Positions 1-14,400 of a stretch of 64,000 nt of DNA are shown here, piece by piece. This DNA comes from Eledone cirrhosa (lineage: Eukaryota). Positions within the stretch are counted from its first letter, which is position 1. Each line of letters starts with the position of its first letter. The DNA is taken from contig OZ024745.1 in NCBI GenBank assembly GCA_964016885.1, positions 65,348,001 to 65,412,000 of the forward strand, read 5' to 3'. The notes under the pieces are model-generated. The model made no database searches, was not told where the DNA came from, and saw nothing but the letters and a program-made list of their open reading frames with translations. A program made the position numbers and the translations under genes.

Positions 1-679
1 CATTTTTTATTTGGGGGATCCATTTTTTATTTGGGGGATCCATTATTTATTTGGGTGATCCATTTTTTATTTGGGTGATCCATTTTTTATTTGGGTGATC
101 CATTTTTTATTTGGGGGATCCATTTTTTATTTGGGTGATCCATTTTTTATTTGGGGGATCCATATTTTATTTGGGTGATCCATTTTTTATTTGGGTGATC
201 CATTTTTTATTTGGGGGATCCATTTTTTATTTGGGTGATCCATTTTTTATTTGGGTGATCCATTTTTTATTTGGGTGATCCATTTTTTATTTGGGGGATC
301 CATTTTTTATTTGGGGGATCCATTTTTTATTTGGGTGATCCTTTTTTATTTGGAGATCCATTTTGTATTTGGGTGATCCATTTTTTAATTGGGTGATCCA
401 TTTTTTATTTGGGTGATCCATTTTTTATTTGGGGGATCCATTTTTTATTTGGGTGATCCATTTTTTATTTGGGTGGTCCATTTTTTATTTGGGTGATCCA
501 TTTTTTATTTGGGGGATCCATTTTTTATTTGGGTGATCCATTTTTTATTTGGGGATCCATTTTTTATTTGGGTGATCCATTTTTTATTTGGGTGATCCAT
601 TTTTTATTTGGGGGATACATTTTTTATTTGGGTGATCCATTTTTTATTTGGGGGGTCCATTTTTTATTTGGGGGATCCA

Positions 680-3600
680 TTTTTATTTGGGTGATCCATT
701 TTTTATTTGGGGGATCCATTTTTTATTTGGGTGATCCCTTTTTTATTTGGGGGATCCATTTTTTATTTGGGTGATCCATTTTTTATTTGGGGGATCCATT
801 TTTTATTTGGGGGATTCATTTTTTATTTGGGTGATCCATTTTTTATTAGGGGGATCCATTTTTTATTTGGGTGATCCATTTTTATTTGGAGATCCATTTT
901 TTATTTAGGTGATCCATTTTATAATTGGGTGATCCATTTTTTATTTGGGGGATCCATTTTTTATTTGGAGGATCCATTATTTATTTGGGTGATCCATTTT
1001 TTATTTGGGTGATCCATTTTTTATTTGGGTGATCCATTTTTTATTTGGGTTGATCCCTTTTTTATTTGGGGGATCCATTTTTTATTTGGGTGATCCATTT
1101 TTTATTTTGGGGATCCATTTTTTATTTGGGTGATCCATTTTTTATTTGGGTGATCCATTTTTTATTTGGGGGATCCATTTTTTATTTGGGTGATCCATTT
1201 TTTATTTGGGTGATCCATTTTTTATTTGAGGGACCCATTTTATATTTGGGTGATCCATTTTTTATTTGGGTGATCCATTTTTTATTTGGGGGATTCATTT
1301 TTTATTTGGGGGATCCATTTTTTATTTGGGGGATCCATTTTTTATTTGGGGGATCCATTTTTTATTTCGGGGATCCATTTTTTATTTGGGTGATTCATTT
1401 TTTATTTGGGGGATCCATTTTTTATTTGGGTGATCCATTTTTTTTATTTGGGGGTCCATTTTTTATTTGGGTGATCCATTTTTTATTTGTGTGATCCATT
1501 TTTTAATTGGGTGATCCATTTTTATTTGGGTGATCCATTTTTTACTTGGGGGATCCATTTTTTATTTGGGTGATCCTTTTTTTATTTTGCTGATTCATTT
1601 TTTATTTGGGTGATCCATTTTTTATTTGGAGGATCCATTTTTTATTTGGGTGAACCATTTTTTATTTGGGGGATCCATTTTTTAGTTGGGTGATCCATTT
1701 TTTATTTGGGTGATCCATTTTTTATTTGGGGGATCCATGTTTTATTTGGGTGATCCATTTTTTATTTGGGTGATCCATTTTTTATTTGGGGGATCCATTT
1801 TTTATTTGGGGGATCCATTTTTTATTTGGGTGATCCATTTTTATTTGGAGATCCATTTTGTATTTGGGTGATCCATTTTGTATTTGGGGGATCCATTTTT
1901 TAATTGGGTGATCCATTTTTTATTTGGGGGATCCATTTTTTATTTGGGGGATCCATTTTTTATTTGGGGGATCCATTGTTTATTTGGGTGATCCATTTTT
2001 TATTTGGGTGATCCATTTTTTATTTGGGGGATCCATTTTTTATTTGGGGGATCCATTTTTTATTTGGGTGATCCATTTTTTATTTGGGTGATCCATTTTT
2101 TATTTGGGGGATCCATTTTTTATTTGGGGGATCCATTTTTTATTTGGTTGATCCATTTTTTATTAGGGGGATCCATATTTTATTTGGGTGATCCATTTTA
2201 ATTTGGAGATCCATTTTTTGTTTAGGTGATCCATTTTATAATTGGGTGATCCATTTTTTATTTGGGGGATCCATTTTTTATTTGGGGGATCCATTATTTA
2301 TTTGGGTGATGCATTTTTTATTTGGGTGATCCATTTTTTATTTGGGTGATCCATTTTTTATTTGGGTGATCCATTTTTTATTTGGGTGATCCATTTTTTA
2401 TTTGGGGGATCCATTTTTTATTTGGGTGATCCATTTTTTATTTGGGTGATCCATTTTTTATTTGAGGGATCCATTTTATATTTGGGTGATCCATTTTTTA
2501 TATGGGTGATCCATTTTTTATTTGGGGGATCCATTTTTTATTTGGGGGATCCATTTTTTATTTGGGGGATCCATTTTTTATTTGGGGGATCCATTTTTTA
2601 TTTCGGGGATCCATTTTTTATTTGGGTGATTCATTTTTTATTTGGGGGATCCATTTTTTATTTGGGTAATCCATTTTTTTTATTTGGGGGTCCATTTTTT
2701 ATTTGGGTGATCCATTTTTTATTTGGATGATCCATTTTTTAATTGGGTGATCCATTTTTATTTGGGTGATCCATTTTTTACTTGGGGGATGCATTTTTTA
2801 TTTGGGTGATCCATTTTTTATTTTGCTGATTCATTTTTTATTTGGGTGATCCATTTTTTATTTGGGGGATCCATTTTTTATTTGGGTGAACCATTTTTTA
2901 TTTGGGAGATCCATTTTTTATTTGGGTGATCCATTTTTTATTTGGGTGATCCATTTTTTATTTGGGTGATCCATTTTTTATTTGGGGGATCCATTTTTTA
3001 TTTGGGGGATCCATTTTTTATTTGGGTGATCCATTTTTATTTGGAGATCCATTTTGTATTTGGGGGATCCATTTTTATTTGGGTGTTCCATTTTTTATTT
3101 GGGGGATCCATTTTTTATTTGGGTGATCCCTTTTTTATTTGGGGGATCCATTTTTTATTTGGGTGATCCATTTTTTATTTGGGGGATCCATTTTTTATTT
3201 GGGGGATTCATTTTTTATTTGGGTGATCCATTTTTTATTAGGGGGATCCATTTTTTATTTGGGTGATCCATTTTTATTTGGAGATCCATTTTTTATTTAG
3301 GTGATCCATTTTATAATTGGGTGATCCATTTTTTATTTGGGGGATCCATTTTTTATTTGGAGGATCCATTATTTATTTGGGTGATCCATTTTTTATTTGG
3401 GTGATCCATTTTTTAGTTGGGTGATCCATTTTTTATTTGGGTTGATCCCTTTTTTATTTGGGGGATCCATTTTTTATTTGGGTGATCCATTTTTTATTTT
3501 GGGGATCCATTTTTTATTTGGGTGATCCATTTTTTATTTGGGTGATCCATTTTTTATTTGGGGGATCCATTTTTTATTTGGGTGATCCATTTTTTATTTG

Positions 3601-5480
3601 GGTGATCCATTTTTTATTTGAGGGACCCATTTTATATTTGGGTGATCCATTTTTTATTTGGGTGATCCATTTTTTATTTGGGGGATTCATTTTTTATTTG
3701 GGGGATCCATTTTTTATTTGGGGGATCCATTTTTTATTTGGGGGATCCATTTTTTATTTCGGGGATCCATTTTTTATTTGGGTGATTCATTTTTTATTTG
3801 GGGGATCCATTTTTTATTTGGGTGATCCATTTTTTTTATTTGGGGGTCCATTTTTTATTTGGGTGATCCATTTTTTATTTGGGTGATCCATTTTTTAATT
3901 GGGTGATCCATTTTTATTTGGGTGATCCATTTTTTACTTGGGGGATCCATTTTTTATTTGGGTGATCCATTTTTTATTTTGCTGATTCATTTTTTATTTG
4001 GGTGATCCATTTTTTATTTGGAGGATCCATTTTTTATTTGGGTGAACCATTTTTTATTTGGGGGATCCATTTTTTATTTGGGTGATCCATTTTTTATTTG
4101 GGTGATCCATTTTTTATTTGGGGGATCCATGTTTTATTTGGGTGATCCATTTTTTATTTGGGTGATCCATTTTTTATTTGGGGGATCCATTTTTTATTTG
4201 GGGGATCCATTTTTTATTTGAGTGATCCATTTTTATTTGGAGATCCATTTTGTATTTGGGTGATCCATTTTGTATTTGGGGGATCCATTTTTTAATTGGG
4301 TGATCCATTTTTTATTTGGGGGATCCATTTTTTATTTGGGGGATCCATTTTTTATTTGGGGGATCCATTGTTTATTTGGGTGATCCATTTTTTATTTGGG
4401 TGATCCATTTTTTATTTGGGGGATCCATTTTTTATTTGGGGGATCCATTTTTTATTTGGGTGATCCATTTTTTATTTGGGTGATCCATTTTTTATTTGGG
4501 GGATCCATTTTTTATTTGGGGGATCCATTTTTTATTTGGTTGATCCATTTTTTATTAGGGGGATCCATATTTTTTTGGGTGATCCATTTTAATTTGGAGA
4601 TCCATTTTTTGTTTAGGTGATCCATTTTATAATTGGGTGATCCATTTTTTATTTGGGGGATCCATTTTTTATTTGGGGGATCCATTATTTATTTGGGTGA
4701 TGCATTTTTTATTTGGGTGATCCATTTTTTATTTGGGTGATCCATTTTTTATTTGGGTGATCCATTTTTTATTTGGGTGATCCATTTTTTATTTGGGGGA
4801 TCCATTTTTATTTGGGTGATCCATTTTTTATTTGGGTGATCCATTTTTTATTTGAGGGATCCATTTTATATTTGGGTGATCCATTTTTTATATGGGTGAT
4901 CCATTTTTTATTTGGGGGATCCATTTTTTATTTGGGGGATCCATTTTTTATTTGGGGGATCCATTTTTTATTTGGGGGATCCATTTTTTATTTCGGGGAT
5001 CCATTTTTTATTTGGGTGATTCATTTTTTATTTGGGGGATCCATTTTTTATTTGGGTAATCCATTTTTTTTATTTGGGGGTCCATTTTTTATTTGGGTGA
5101 TCCATTTTTTATTTGGATGATCCATTTTTTAATTGGGTGATCCATTTTTATTTGGGTGATCCATTTTTTACTTGGGGGATGCATTTTTTATTTGGGTGAT
5201 CCATTTTTTATTTTGCTGATTCATTTTTTATTTGGGTGATCCATTTTTTATTTGGGGGATCCATTTTTTATTTGGGTGAACCATTTTTTATTTGGGAGAT
5301 CCATTTTTTATTTGGGTGATCCATTTTTTATTTGGGTGATCCATTTTTTATTTGGGGGATCCATTTTTTATTTGGGTGATCCATTTTTTATTTGGGTGAT
5401 CCATTTTTTATTTGGGGGATCCATTTTTTATTTGGGGGATCCATTTTTTATTTGGGTGATCCATTTTTATTTGGAGATCC
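680..5480. repeat. Tandem duplication of about 2.4 kb (two HOR units): about 680-3070 and about 3070-5480
   Basis: Matching ORF signatures at 1066/3458 and 2004/4396 (offset 2392). Shared rare variants GAGGGACCC (about 1230/3620) and CCATGTTT (about 1737/4129). Confidence 0.85.
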
Positions 5481-8400
5481 ATTTTGTATTTGGGTGATCC
5501 ATTTTTTAATTGGGTGATCCATTTTTTATTTGGGTGATCCATTTTTTATTTGGGTGGTCCATTTTTTATTTGGGTGATCCATTTTTTATTTGGGGGATCC
5601 ATTTTTTATTTGGGTGATCCATTTTTTATTTGGGGATCCATTTTTTATTTGGGTGATCCATTTTTTATTTGGGTGATCCATTTTTTATTTGGGTGATCCA
5701 TTTTTTATTTGGGGGATCCATTTTTTATTTGGGTGATCCATTTTTTATTTGGGGGGGTCCATTTTTTATTTGGGGGATCCATTTTTATTTGGGTGATCCA
5801 TTTTTTATTTGGGGGATCCATTTTTTATTTGGGTGATCCCTTTTTTATTTGGGGGATCCATTTTTTATTTGGGTGATCCATTTTTTATTTGGGGGATCCA
5901 TTTTTTATTTGGGGGATTCATTTTTTATTTGGGTGATCCATTTTTTATTAGGGGGATCCATTTTTTATTTGGGTGATCCATTTTTATTTGGAGATCCATT
6001 TTTTATTTAGGTGATCCATTTTATAATTGGGTGATCCATTTTTTATTTGGGGGATCTATTTTTTATTTGGGGGATCCATTATTTATTTGGGTGATCCATT
6101 TTTTATTTGGGTGATCCATTTTTTATTTGGGTGATCCATTTTTTATTTGGGTGATCTATTTTTTATTTGGGTGATCCATTTTTTATTTGGGGGATCCATT
6201 TTTTATTTGGGTGATCCATTTTTTATTTGGGGGATCCATTTTTTATTTGGGTGATCCATTTTTTATTTGGGGGATCCATTTTTTATTTCGGGGATCCATT
6301 TTTTATTTGGGTGATTCATTTTTTATTTGGGGGATCCATTTTTTATTTTGGGTGATCCATTTTTTATTAGGGGGATCCATTTTTTATTTGGGTGATCCAT
6401 TTTTATTTGTAGATCCATTTTTTATTTGGGTGATCCATTTTTTAATTGGAAGATCCATTTTTTATTTGGGGGATCCATTTTTTATTTGGGGGATCCATTA
6501 TTTATTTGGGTGATCCATTTTTTATTTGGGTGATCCATTTTTTATTCGGGGGATCCATTTTTTATTTGGGTGATCCATTTTTTATTTGGGTGATCCATTT
6601 TTTAATTGGGGATCCATTTTTTATTTAGTTGATCCATTTTTTAATTGGGTGATACATTTTTTATTTGGGGGATCCATTTTTTATTTGGGGGATCCATTTT
6701 TTATTTGGGGGATCCATTGTTTATTTGGGTGATCCATTTTTTATTTGGGTGATCCATTTTTTATTTGGGGGATCCATTTTGTATTTGGGTGATCCATTTT
6801 TTATTTGGGTGATCCATTTTTTATTTGGGTGATCCATTTTTTATTTGTGGGATCCATTTTTTATTTGGGTGATCCATTTTTTATTTGGGGGATCCTTTTT
6901 TTATTTGGGTGATCCATTTTTTATTTGGGTGATCCATTTTTTATTTGGGGGATCCATTTTTTATTTGGGTGATCCATATTTTATTTGGGTGATCCATTTT
7001 TTATTTGGGGGATCCATTTTTTATTTGGGTGATCCATTTTTTATTTGGGGGATCCATTTTTTATTTGGGGGATCCATTTTTTATTTGGGTGATCCATTTT
7101 TTATATGGGTGATCCATTTTTTATTTGGGGGGATCCATTTTTAATTTGGGTGATCCATTTTTTATTTGGGGGATCCATTTTTTATTTGGGTGATCCATAT
7201 TTTATTTGGGGGATCCATTTTTTATTTGGGTGATCCATTTTTTATTTGGGTGATCCATTTTTTAATTGGGTGATCCATTTTTTATTTGGGGGATCCATTG
7301 TTTATTTGGGTGATCCATTTTTTATTTGGGTGATCCATTTTTTATTTGGGGGATCCATTTTTTATTTGGGGGATCCATTTTTTATTTGGGTGATCCATTT
7401 TTTATTTGGGTGATCCATTTTTTATTTGGGGGATCCATTTTTTATTTGGGGGATCCATTTTTTATTTGGTTGATCCATTTTTTATTAGGGGGATCCATAT
7501 TTTTTTGGGTGATCCATTTTAATTTGGAGATCCATTTTTTGTTTAGGTGATCCATTTTATAATTGGGTGATCCATTTTTTATTTGGGGGATCCATTTTTT
7601 ATTTGGGGGATCCATTATTTATTTGGGTGATGCATTTTTTATTTGGGTGATCCATTTTTTATTTGGGTGATCCATTTTTTATTTGGGTGATCCATTTTTT
7701 ATTTGGGTGATCCATTTTTTATTTGGGGGATCCATTTTTTATTTGGGTGATCCATTTTTTATTTGGGTGATCCATTTTTTATTTGAGGGATCCATTTTAT
7801 ATTTGGGTGATCCATTTTTTATATGGGTGATCCATTTTTTATTTGGGGGATCCATTTTTTATTTGGGGGATCCATTTTTTATTTGGGGGATCCATTTTTT
7901 ATTTGGGGGATCCATTTTTTATTTCGGGGATCCATTTTTTATTTGGGTGATTCATTTTTTATTTGGGGGATCCATTTTTTATTTGGGTAATCCATTTTTT
8001 TTATTTGGGGGTCCATTTTTTATTTGGGTGATCCATTTTTTATTTGGGTGATCCATTTTTTATTTGGGGGATCCATTTTTTATTTGGGTGATCCATTTTT
8101 TATTTGGGGGGGTCCATTTTTTATTTGGGGGATCCATTTTTATTTGGGTGATCCATTTTTTATTTGGGGGATCCATTTTTTATTTGGGTGATCCCTTTTT
8201 TATTTGGGGGATCCATTTTTTATTTGGGTGATCCATTTTTTATTTGGGGGATCCATTTTTTATTTGGGGGATTCATTTTTTATTTGGGTGATCCATTTTT
8301 TATTAGGGGGATCCATTTTTTATTTGGGTGATCCATTTTTATTTGGAGATCCATTTTTTATTTAGGTGATCCATTTTATAATTGGGTGATCCATTTTTTA

Positions 8401-11400
8401 TTTGGGGGATCCATTTTTTATTTGGGGGATCCATTATTTATTTGGGTGATCCATTTTTTATTTGGGTGATCCATTTTTTATTTGGGTGATCCATTTTTTA
8501 TTTGGGTGATCTATTTTTTATTTGGGTGATCCATTTTTTATTTGGGGGATCCATTTTTTATTTGGGTGATCCATTTTTTATTTGGGGGATCCATTTTTTA
8601 TTTGGGTGATCCATTTTTTATTTGGGGGATCCATTTTTTATTTCGGGGATCCATTTTTTATTTGGGTGATTCATTTTTTATTTGGGGGATCCATTTTTTA
8701 TTTTGGGTGATCCATTTTTTATTAGGGGGATCCATTTTTTATTTGGGTGATCCATTTTTATTTATAGATACATTTTTTATTTGGGTGATCCATTTTTTAA
8801 TTGGAAGATCCATTTTTTATTTGGGGGATCCATTTTTTATTTGGGGGATCCATTATTTATTTGGGTGATCCATTTTTTATTTGGGTGATCCATTTTTTAT
8901 TCGGGGGATCCATTTTTTATTTGGGTGATCCATTTTTTATTTGGGTGATCCATTTTTTAATTGGGGATCCATTTTTTATTTAGTTGATCCATTTTTTAAT
9001 TGGGTGATACATTTTTTATTTGGGGGATCCATTTTTTATTTGGGGGATCCATTTTTTATTTGGGGGATCCATTGTTTATTTGGGTGATCCATTTTTTATT
9101 TGGGTGATCCATTTTTTATTTGGGGGATCCATTTTGTATTTGGGTGATCCATTTTTTATTTGGGTGATCCATTTTTTATTTGGGTGATCCATTTTTTATT
9201 TGTGGGATCCATTTTTTATTTGGGTGATCCATTTTTTATTTGGGGGATCCTTTTTTTATTTGGGTGATCCATTTTTTATTTGGGTGATCCATTTTTTATT
9301 TGGGGGATCCATTTTTTATTTGGGTGATCCATATTTTATTTGGGTGATCCATTTTTTATTTGGGTGATCCATTTTTTATTTGGGTGATCCATTTTTTATT
9401 TGGGGGATCCATTTTTTATTTGGGGGATCCATTTTTTATTTGGGTGATCCATTTTTTATATGGGTGATCCATTTTTTATTTGGGGGGATCCATTTTTAAT
9501 TTGGGTGATCCATTTTTTATTTGGGGGATCCATTTTTTATTTGGGTGATCCATATTTTATTTGGGGGATCCATTTTTTATTTGGGTGATCCATTTTTTAT
9601 TTGGGTGATCCATTTTTTAATTGGGTGATCCATTTTTTATTTGGGGGATCCATTTTTTATTTGGGTGATCCATTTTTTAGTTGGGTGGTCCATTTTTTAT
9701 TTGGGTGATCCATTTTTTATTTGGGGGATCCATTTTTTATTTGGGTGATCCATTTTTTATTTGGGGATCCATTTTTTATTTGGGTGATCCATTTTTTATT
9801 TGGGTGATCCATTTTTTATTTGGGGGATCCATTTTTTATTTGGGTGATTCATTTTTTATTTGGGGGGTCCATTTTTTATTTGGGGGATCCATTTTTATTT
9901 GGGTGATCCATTTTTTATTTGGGGGATCCATTTTTTATTTGGGTGATCCATTTTTTATTTGGGTTGATCCCTTTTTTATTTGGGGGATCCATTTTTTATT
10001 TGGGTGATCCATTTTTTATTTGGGGGATCCATTTTTTATTTGGGTGATCCATTTTTTATTTGAGGGATCCATTTTATATTTGGGTGATCCATTTTTTATT
10101 TGGGGGATCCATTATTTATTTGGGTGATCCATTTTTTATTTGGGTGATCCATTTTTTATTTGGGTGATCCATTTTTTTTTGGGGTGATCCATTTTTTATT
10201 TGGGTGATACATTTTTTATTTGGGGGATCCATTTTTTATTTGGGTGATCCATTTTTTATTTGGGTGATCCATTTTTTATTTGAGGGATCCATTTTATATT
10301 TGGGTGATCCATTTTTTATTTGGGTGATCCATTTTTTATTTGGGGGATCCATTTTTTATTTGGGGGATCCATTTTTTATTTGGGGGATCCATTTTTTATT
10401 TGGGGGATCCATTTTTTATTTCGGGGATCCATTTTTTATTTGGGTGATTCATTTTTTATTTGGGGGATCCATTTTTTATTTGGGTGATCCATTTTTTTAA
10501 TTTGGGGGTCCATTTTTTATTTGGGTGATCCATTTTTTATTTGGGTGATCCATTTTTTAATTGGGTGATCCATTTTTATTTGGGTGATCCATTTTTTACT
10601 TGGGGGATCCATTTTATATTTGGGTGATCCATTTTTTATTTTGCTGATTCATTTTTTATTTGGGTGATCCATTTTTTATTTGGGGGATCCATTTTTTATT
10701 TGGGTGAACCATTTTTTATTTGGGGGATCCATTTTTTATTTGGGTGATCCATTTTTTATTTGGGTGATCCATTTTTTATTTGGGGGATCCATTTTTTATT
10801 TGGGTGATCCATTTTTTATTTGGGTGATCCATTTTTTATTTGGGTGATCCATTTTTTATTTGGGGGATCCATTTTTTATTTGGGGGATCCATTTTTTATT
10901 TGGGTGATCCATTTTTATTTGGAGATCCATTTTGTATTTGGGAGATCCATTTTTTAATTGGGTGATCCATTTTTTATTTGGGTGATCCATTTTTTATTTG
11001 GGGGATCCATTTTTTATTTGGGTGATCCATTTTTTATTTGGGTGGTCCATTTTTTATTTGGGTGATCTATTTTTTATTTGGGGGATCCATTTTTTATTTG
11101 GGTGATCCATTTTTTATTTGGGGATCCATTTTTTATTTGGGTGATCCATTTTTTATTTGGGTGATCCATTTTTTATTTGGGGGATACATTTTTTATTTGG
11201 GTGATCCATTTTTTATTTGGGGGGTCCATTTTTTATTTGGGGGATCCATTTTTATTTGGGTGATCCATTTTTTATTTGGGGGATCCATTTTTTATTTGGG
11301 TGATCCATTTTTTATTTGGGTGATCCATTTTTTATTTGGGGGATCCATTTTTTATTTGGGGGATCCATTTTTTATTTGGGTGATCCATTTTTATTTGGAG

Positions 11401-14400
11401 ATCCATTTTGTATTTGGGTGATCCATTTTTTAATTGGGTGATCCATTTTTTATTTGGGTGATCCATTTTTTATTTGGGGGATCCATTTTTTATTTGGGTG
11501 ATCCATTTTTTATTTGGGTGGTCCATTTTTTATTTGGGTGATCCATTTTTTATTTGGGGGATCCATTTTTTATTTGGGTGATCCATTTTTTATTTGGGGA
11601 TCCATTTTTTATTTGGGTGATCCATTTTTTATTTGGGTGATCCATTTTTTATTTGGGGGATACATTTTTTATTTGGGTGATCCATTTTTTATTTGGGGGG
11701 TCCATTTTTTATTTGGGGGATCCATTTTTTATTTGGGTGATCAATTTTTTAATTGGGTGATCCATTTTTTATTTGGGGGATCCATTTTTTATTTGGGTGA
11801 TCCATTTTTTAGTTGGGTGGTCCATTTTTTATTTGGGTGATCCACTTTTTATTTGGGGGATCCATTTTTTATTTGGGTGATCCATTTTTTATTTGGGGAT
11901 CCATTTTTTATTTGGGTGATCCATTTTTTATTTGGGTGATCCATTTTTTATTTGGGGGATCCATTTTTTATTTGGGTGATCCATTTTTTATTTGGGGATC
12001 CATTTTTTATTTGGGTGATCCATTTTTTATTTGGGTGATCCATTTTTTATTTGGGGGATCCATTTTTTATTTGTGTGATCCATTTTTTATTTGGGGGTGC
12101 ATTTTTTATTTGGGGGATCCATTTTTATTTGGGTGATCCATTTTTTATTTGGGGGATCCATTTTTTATTTGGGGGATCCATTTTTTATTTGGGGGATCCA
12201 TTTTTTATTTGGGGGATCCATTTTTTATTTGGGGGATCCATTTTTTATTTCGGGGATCCATTTTTTATTTGGGTGATTCATTTTTTATTTGGGGGATCCA
12301 TTTTTTATTTGGGTAATCCATTTTTTTTATTTGGGGGTCCATTTTTTATTTGGGTGATCCATTTTTTATTTGGATGATCCATTTTTTAATTGGGTGATCC
12401 ATTTTTATTTGGGTGATCCATTTTTTACTTGGGGGATGCATTTTTTATTTGGGTGATCCATTTTTTATTTTGCTGATTCATTTTTTATTTGGGTGATCCA
12501 TTTTTTATTTGGGGGATCCATTTTTTATTTGGGTGAACCATTTTTTATTTGGGAGATCCATTTTTTATTTGGGTGATCCATTTTTTATTTGGGTGATCCA
12601 TTTTTTATTTGGGGGATCCATTTTTTATTTGGGTGATCCATTTTTTATTTGGGTGATCCATTTTTTATTTGGGGGATCCATTTTTTATTTGGGGGATCCA
12701 TTTTTTATTTGGGTGATCCATTTTTATTTGGAGATCCATTTTGTATTTGGGGGATCCATTTTTATTTGGGTGTTCCATTTTTTATTTGGGGGATCCATTT
12801 TTTATTTGGGTGATCCCTTTTTTATTTGGGGGATCCATTTTTTATTTGGGTGATCCATTTTTTATTTGGGGGATCCATTTTTTATTTGGGGGATTCATTT
12901 TTTATTTGGGTGATCCATTTTTTATTAGGGGGATCCATTTTTTATTTGGGTGATCCATTTTTATTTGGAGATCCATTTTTTATTTAGGTGATCCATTTTA
13001 TAATTGGGTGATCCATTTTTTATTTGGGGGATCCATTTTTTATTTGGAGGATCCATTATTTATTTGGGTGATCCATTTTTTATTTGGGTGATCCATTTTT
13101 TAGTTGGGTGATCCATTTTTTATTTGGGTTGATCCCTTTTTTATTTGGGGGATCCATTTTTTATTTGGGTGATCCATTTTTTATTTTGGGGATCCATTTT
13201 TTATTTGGGTGATCCATTTTTTATTTGGGTGATCCATTTTTTATTTGGGGGATCCATTTTTTATTTGGGTGATCCATTTTTTATTTGGGTGATCCATTTT
13301 TTATTTGAGGGACCCATTTTATATTTGGGTGATCCATTTTTTATTTGGGTGATCCATTTTTTATTTGGGGGATTCATTTTTTATTTGGGGGATCCATTTT
13401 TTATTTGGGGGATCCATTTTTTATTTGGGGGATCCATTTTTTATTTCGGGGATCCATTTTTTATTTGGGTGATTCATTTTTTATTTGGGGGATCCATTTT
13501 TTATTTGGGTGATCCATTTTTTTTATTTGGGGGTCCATTTTTTATTTGGGTGATCCATTTTTTATTTGGGTGATCCATTTTTTAATTGGGTGATCCATTT
13601 TTATTTGGGTGATCCATTTTTTACTTGGGGGATCCATTTTTTATTTGGGTGATCCATTTTTTATTTTGCTGATTCATTTTTTATTTGGGTGATCCATTTT
13701 TTATTTGGAGGATCCATTTTTTATTTGGGTGAACCATTTTTTATTTGGGGGATCCATTTTTTATTTGGGTGATCCATTTTTTATTTGGGTGATCCATTTT
13801 TTATTTGGGGGATCCATGTTTTATTTGGGTGATCCATTTTTTATTTGGGTGATCCATTTTTTATTTGGGGGATCCATTTTTTATTTGGGGGATCCATTTT
13901 TTATTTGAGTGATCCATTTTTATTTGGAGATCCATTTTGTATTTGGGTGATCCATTTTGTATTTGGGGGATCCATTTTTTAATTGGGTGATCCATTTTTT
14001 ATTTGGGGGATCCATTTTTTATTTGGGGGATCCATTTTTTATTTGGGGGATCCATTGTTTATTTGGGTGATCCATTTTTTATTTGGGTGATCCATTTTTT
14101 ATTTGGGGGATCCATTTTTTATTTGGGGGATCCATTTTTTATTTGGGTGATCCATTTTTTATTTGGGTGATCCATTTTTTATTTGGGGGATCCATTTTTT
14201 ATTTGGGGGATCCATTTTTTATTTGGTTGATCCATTTTTTATTAGGGGGATCCATATTTTTTTGGGTGATCCATTTTAATTTGGAGATCCATTTTTTGTT
14301 TAGGTGATCCATTTTATAATTGGGTGATCCATTTTTTATTTGGGGGATCCATTTTTTATTTGGGGGATCCATTATTTATTTGGGTGATGCATTTTTTATT

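Noticed and set aside
845-915. TTAGGG / TTTAGG telomere-like motifs in variant monomers
   Set aside because: They are isolated single-base variants of TTTGGG, occurring about once per HOR and never in tandem.
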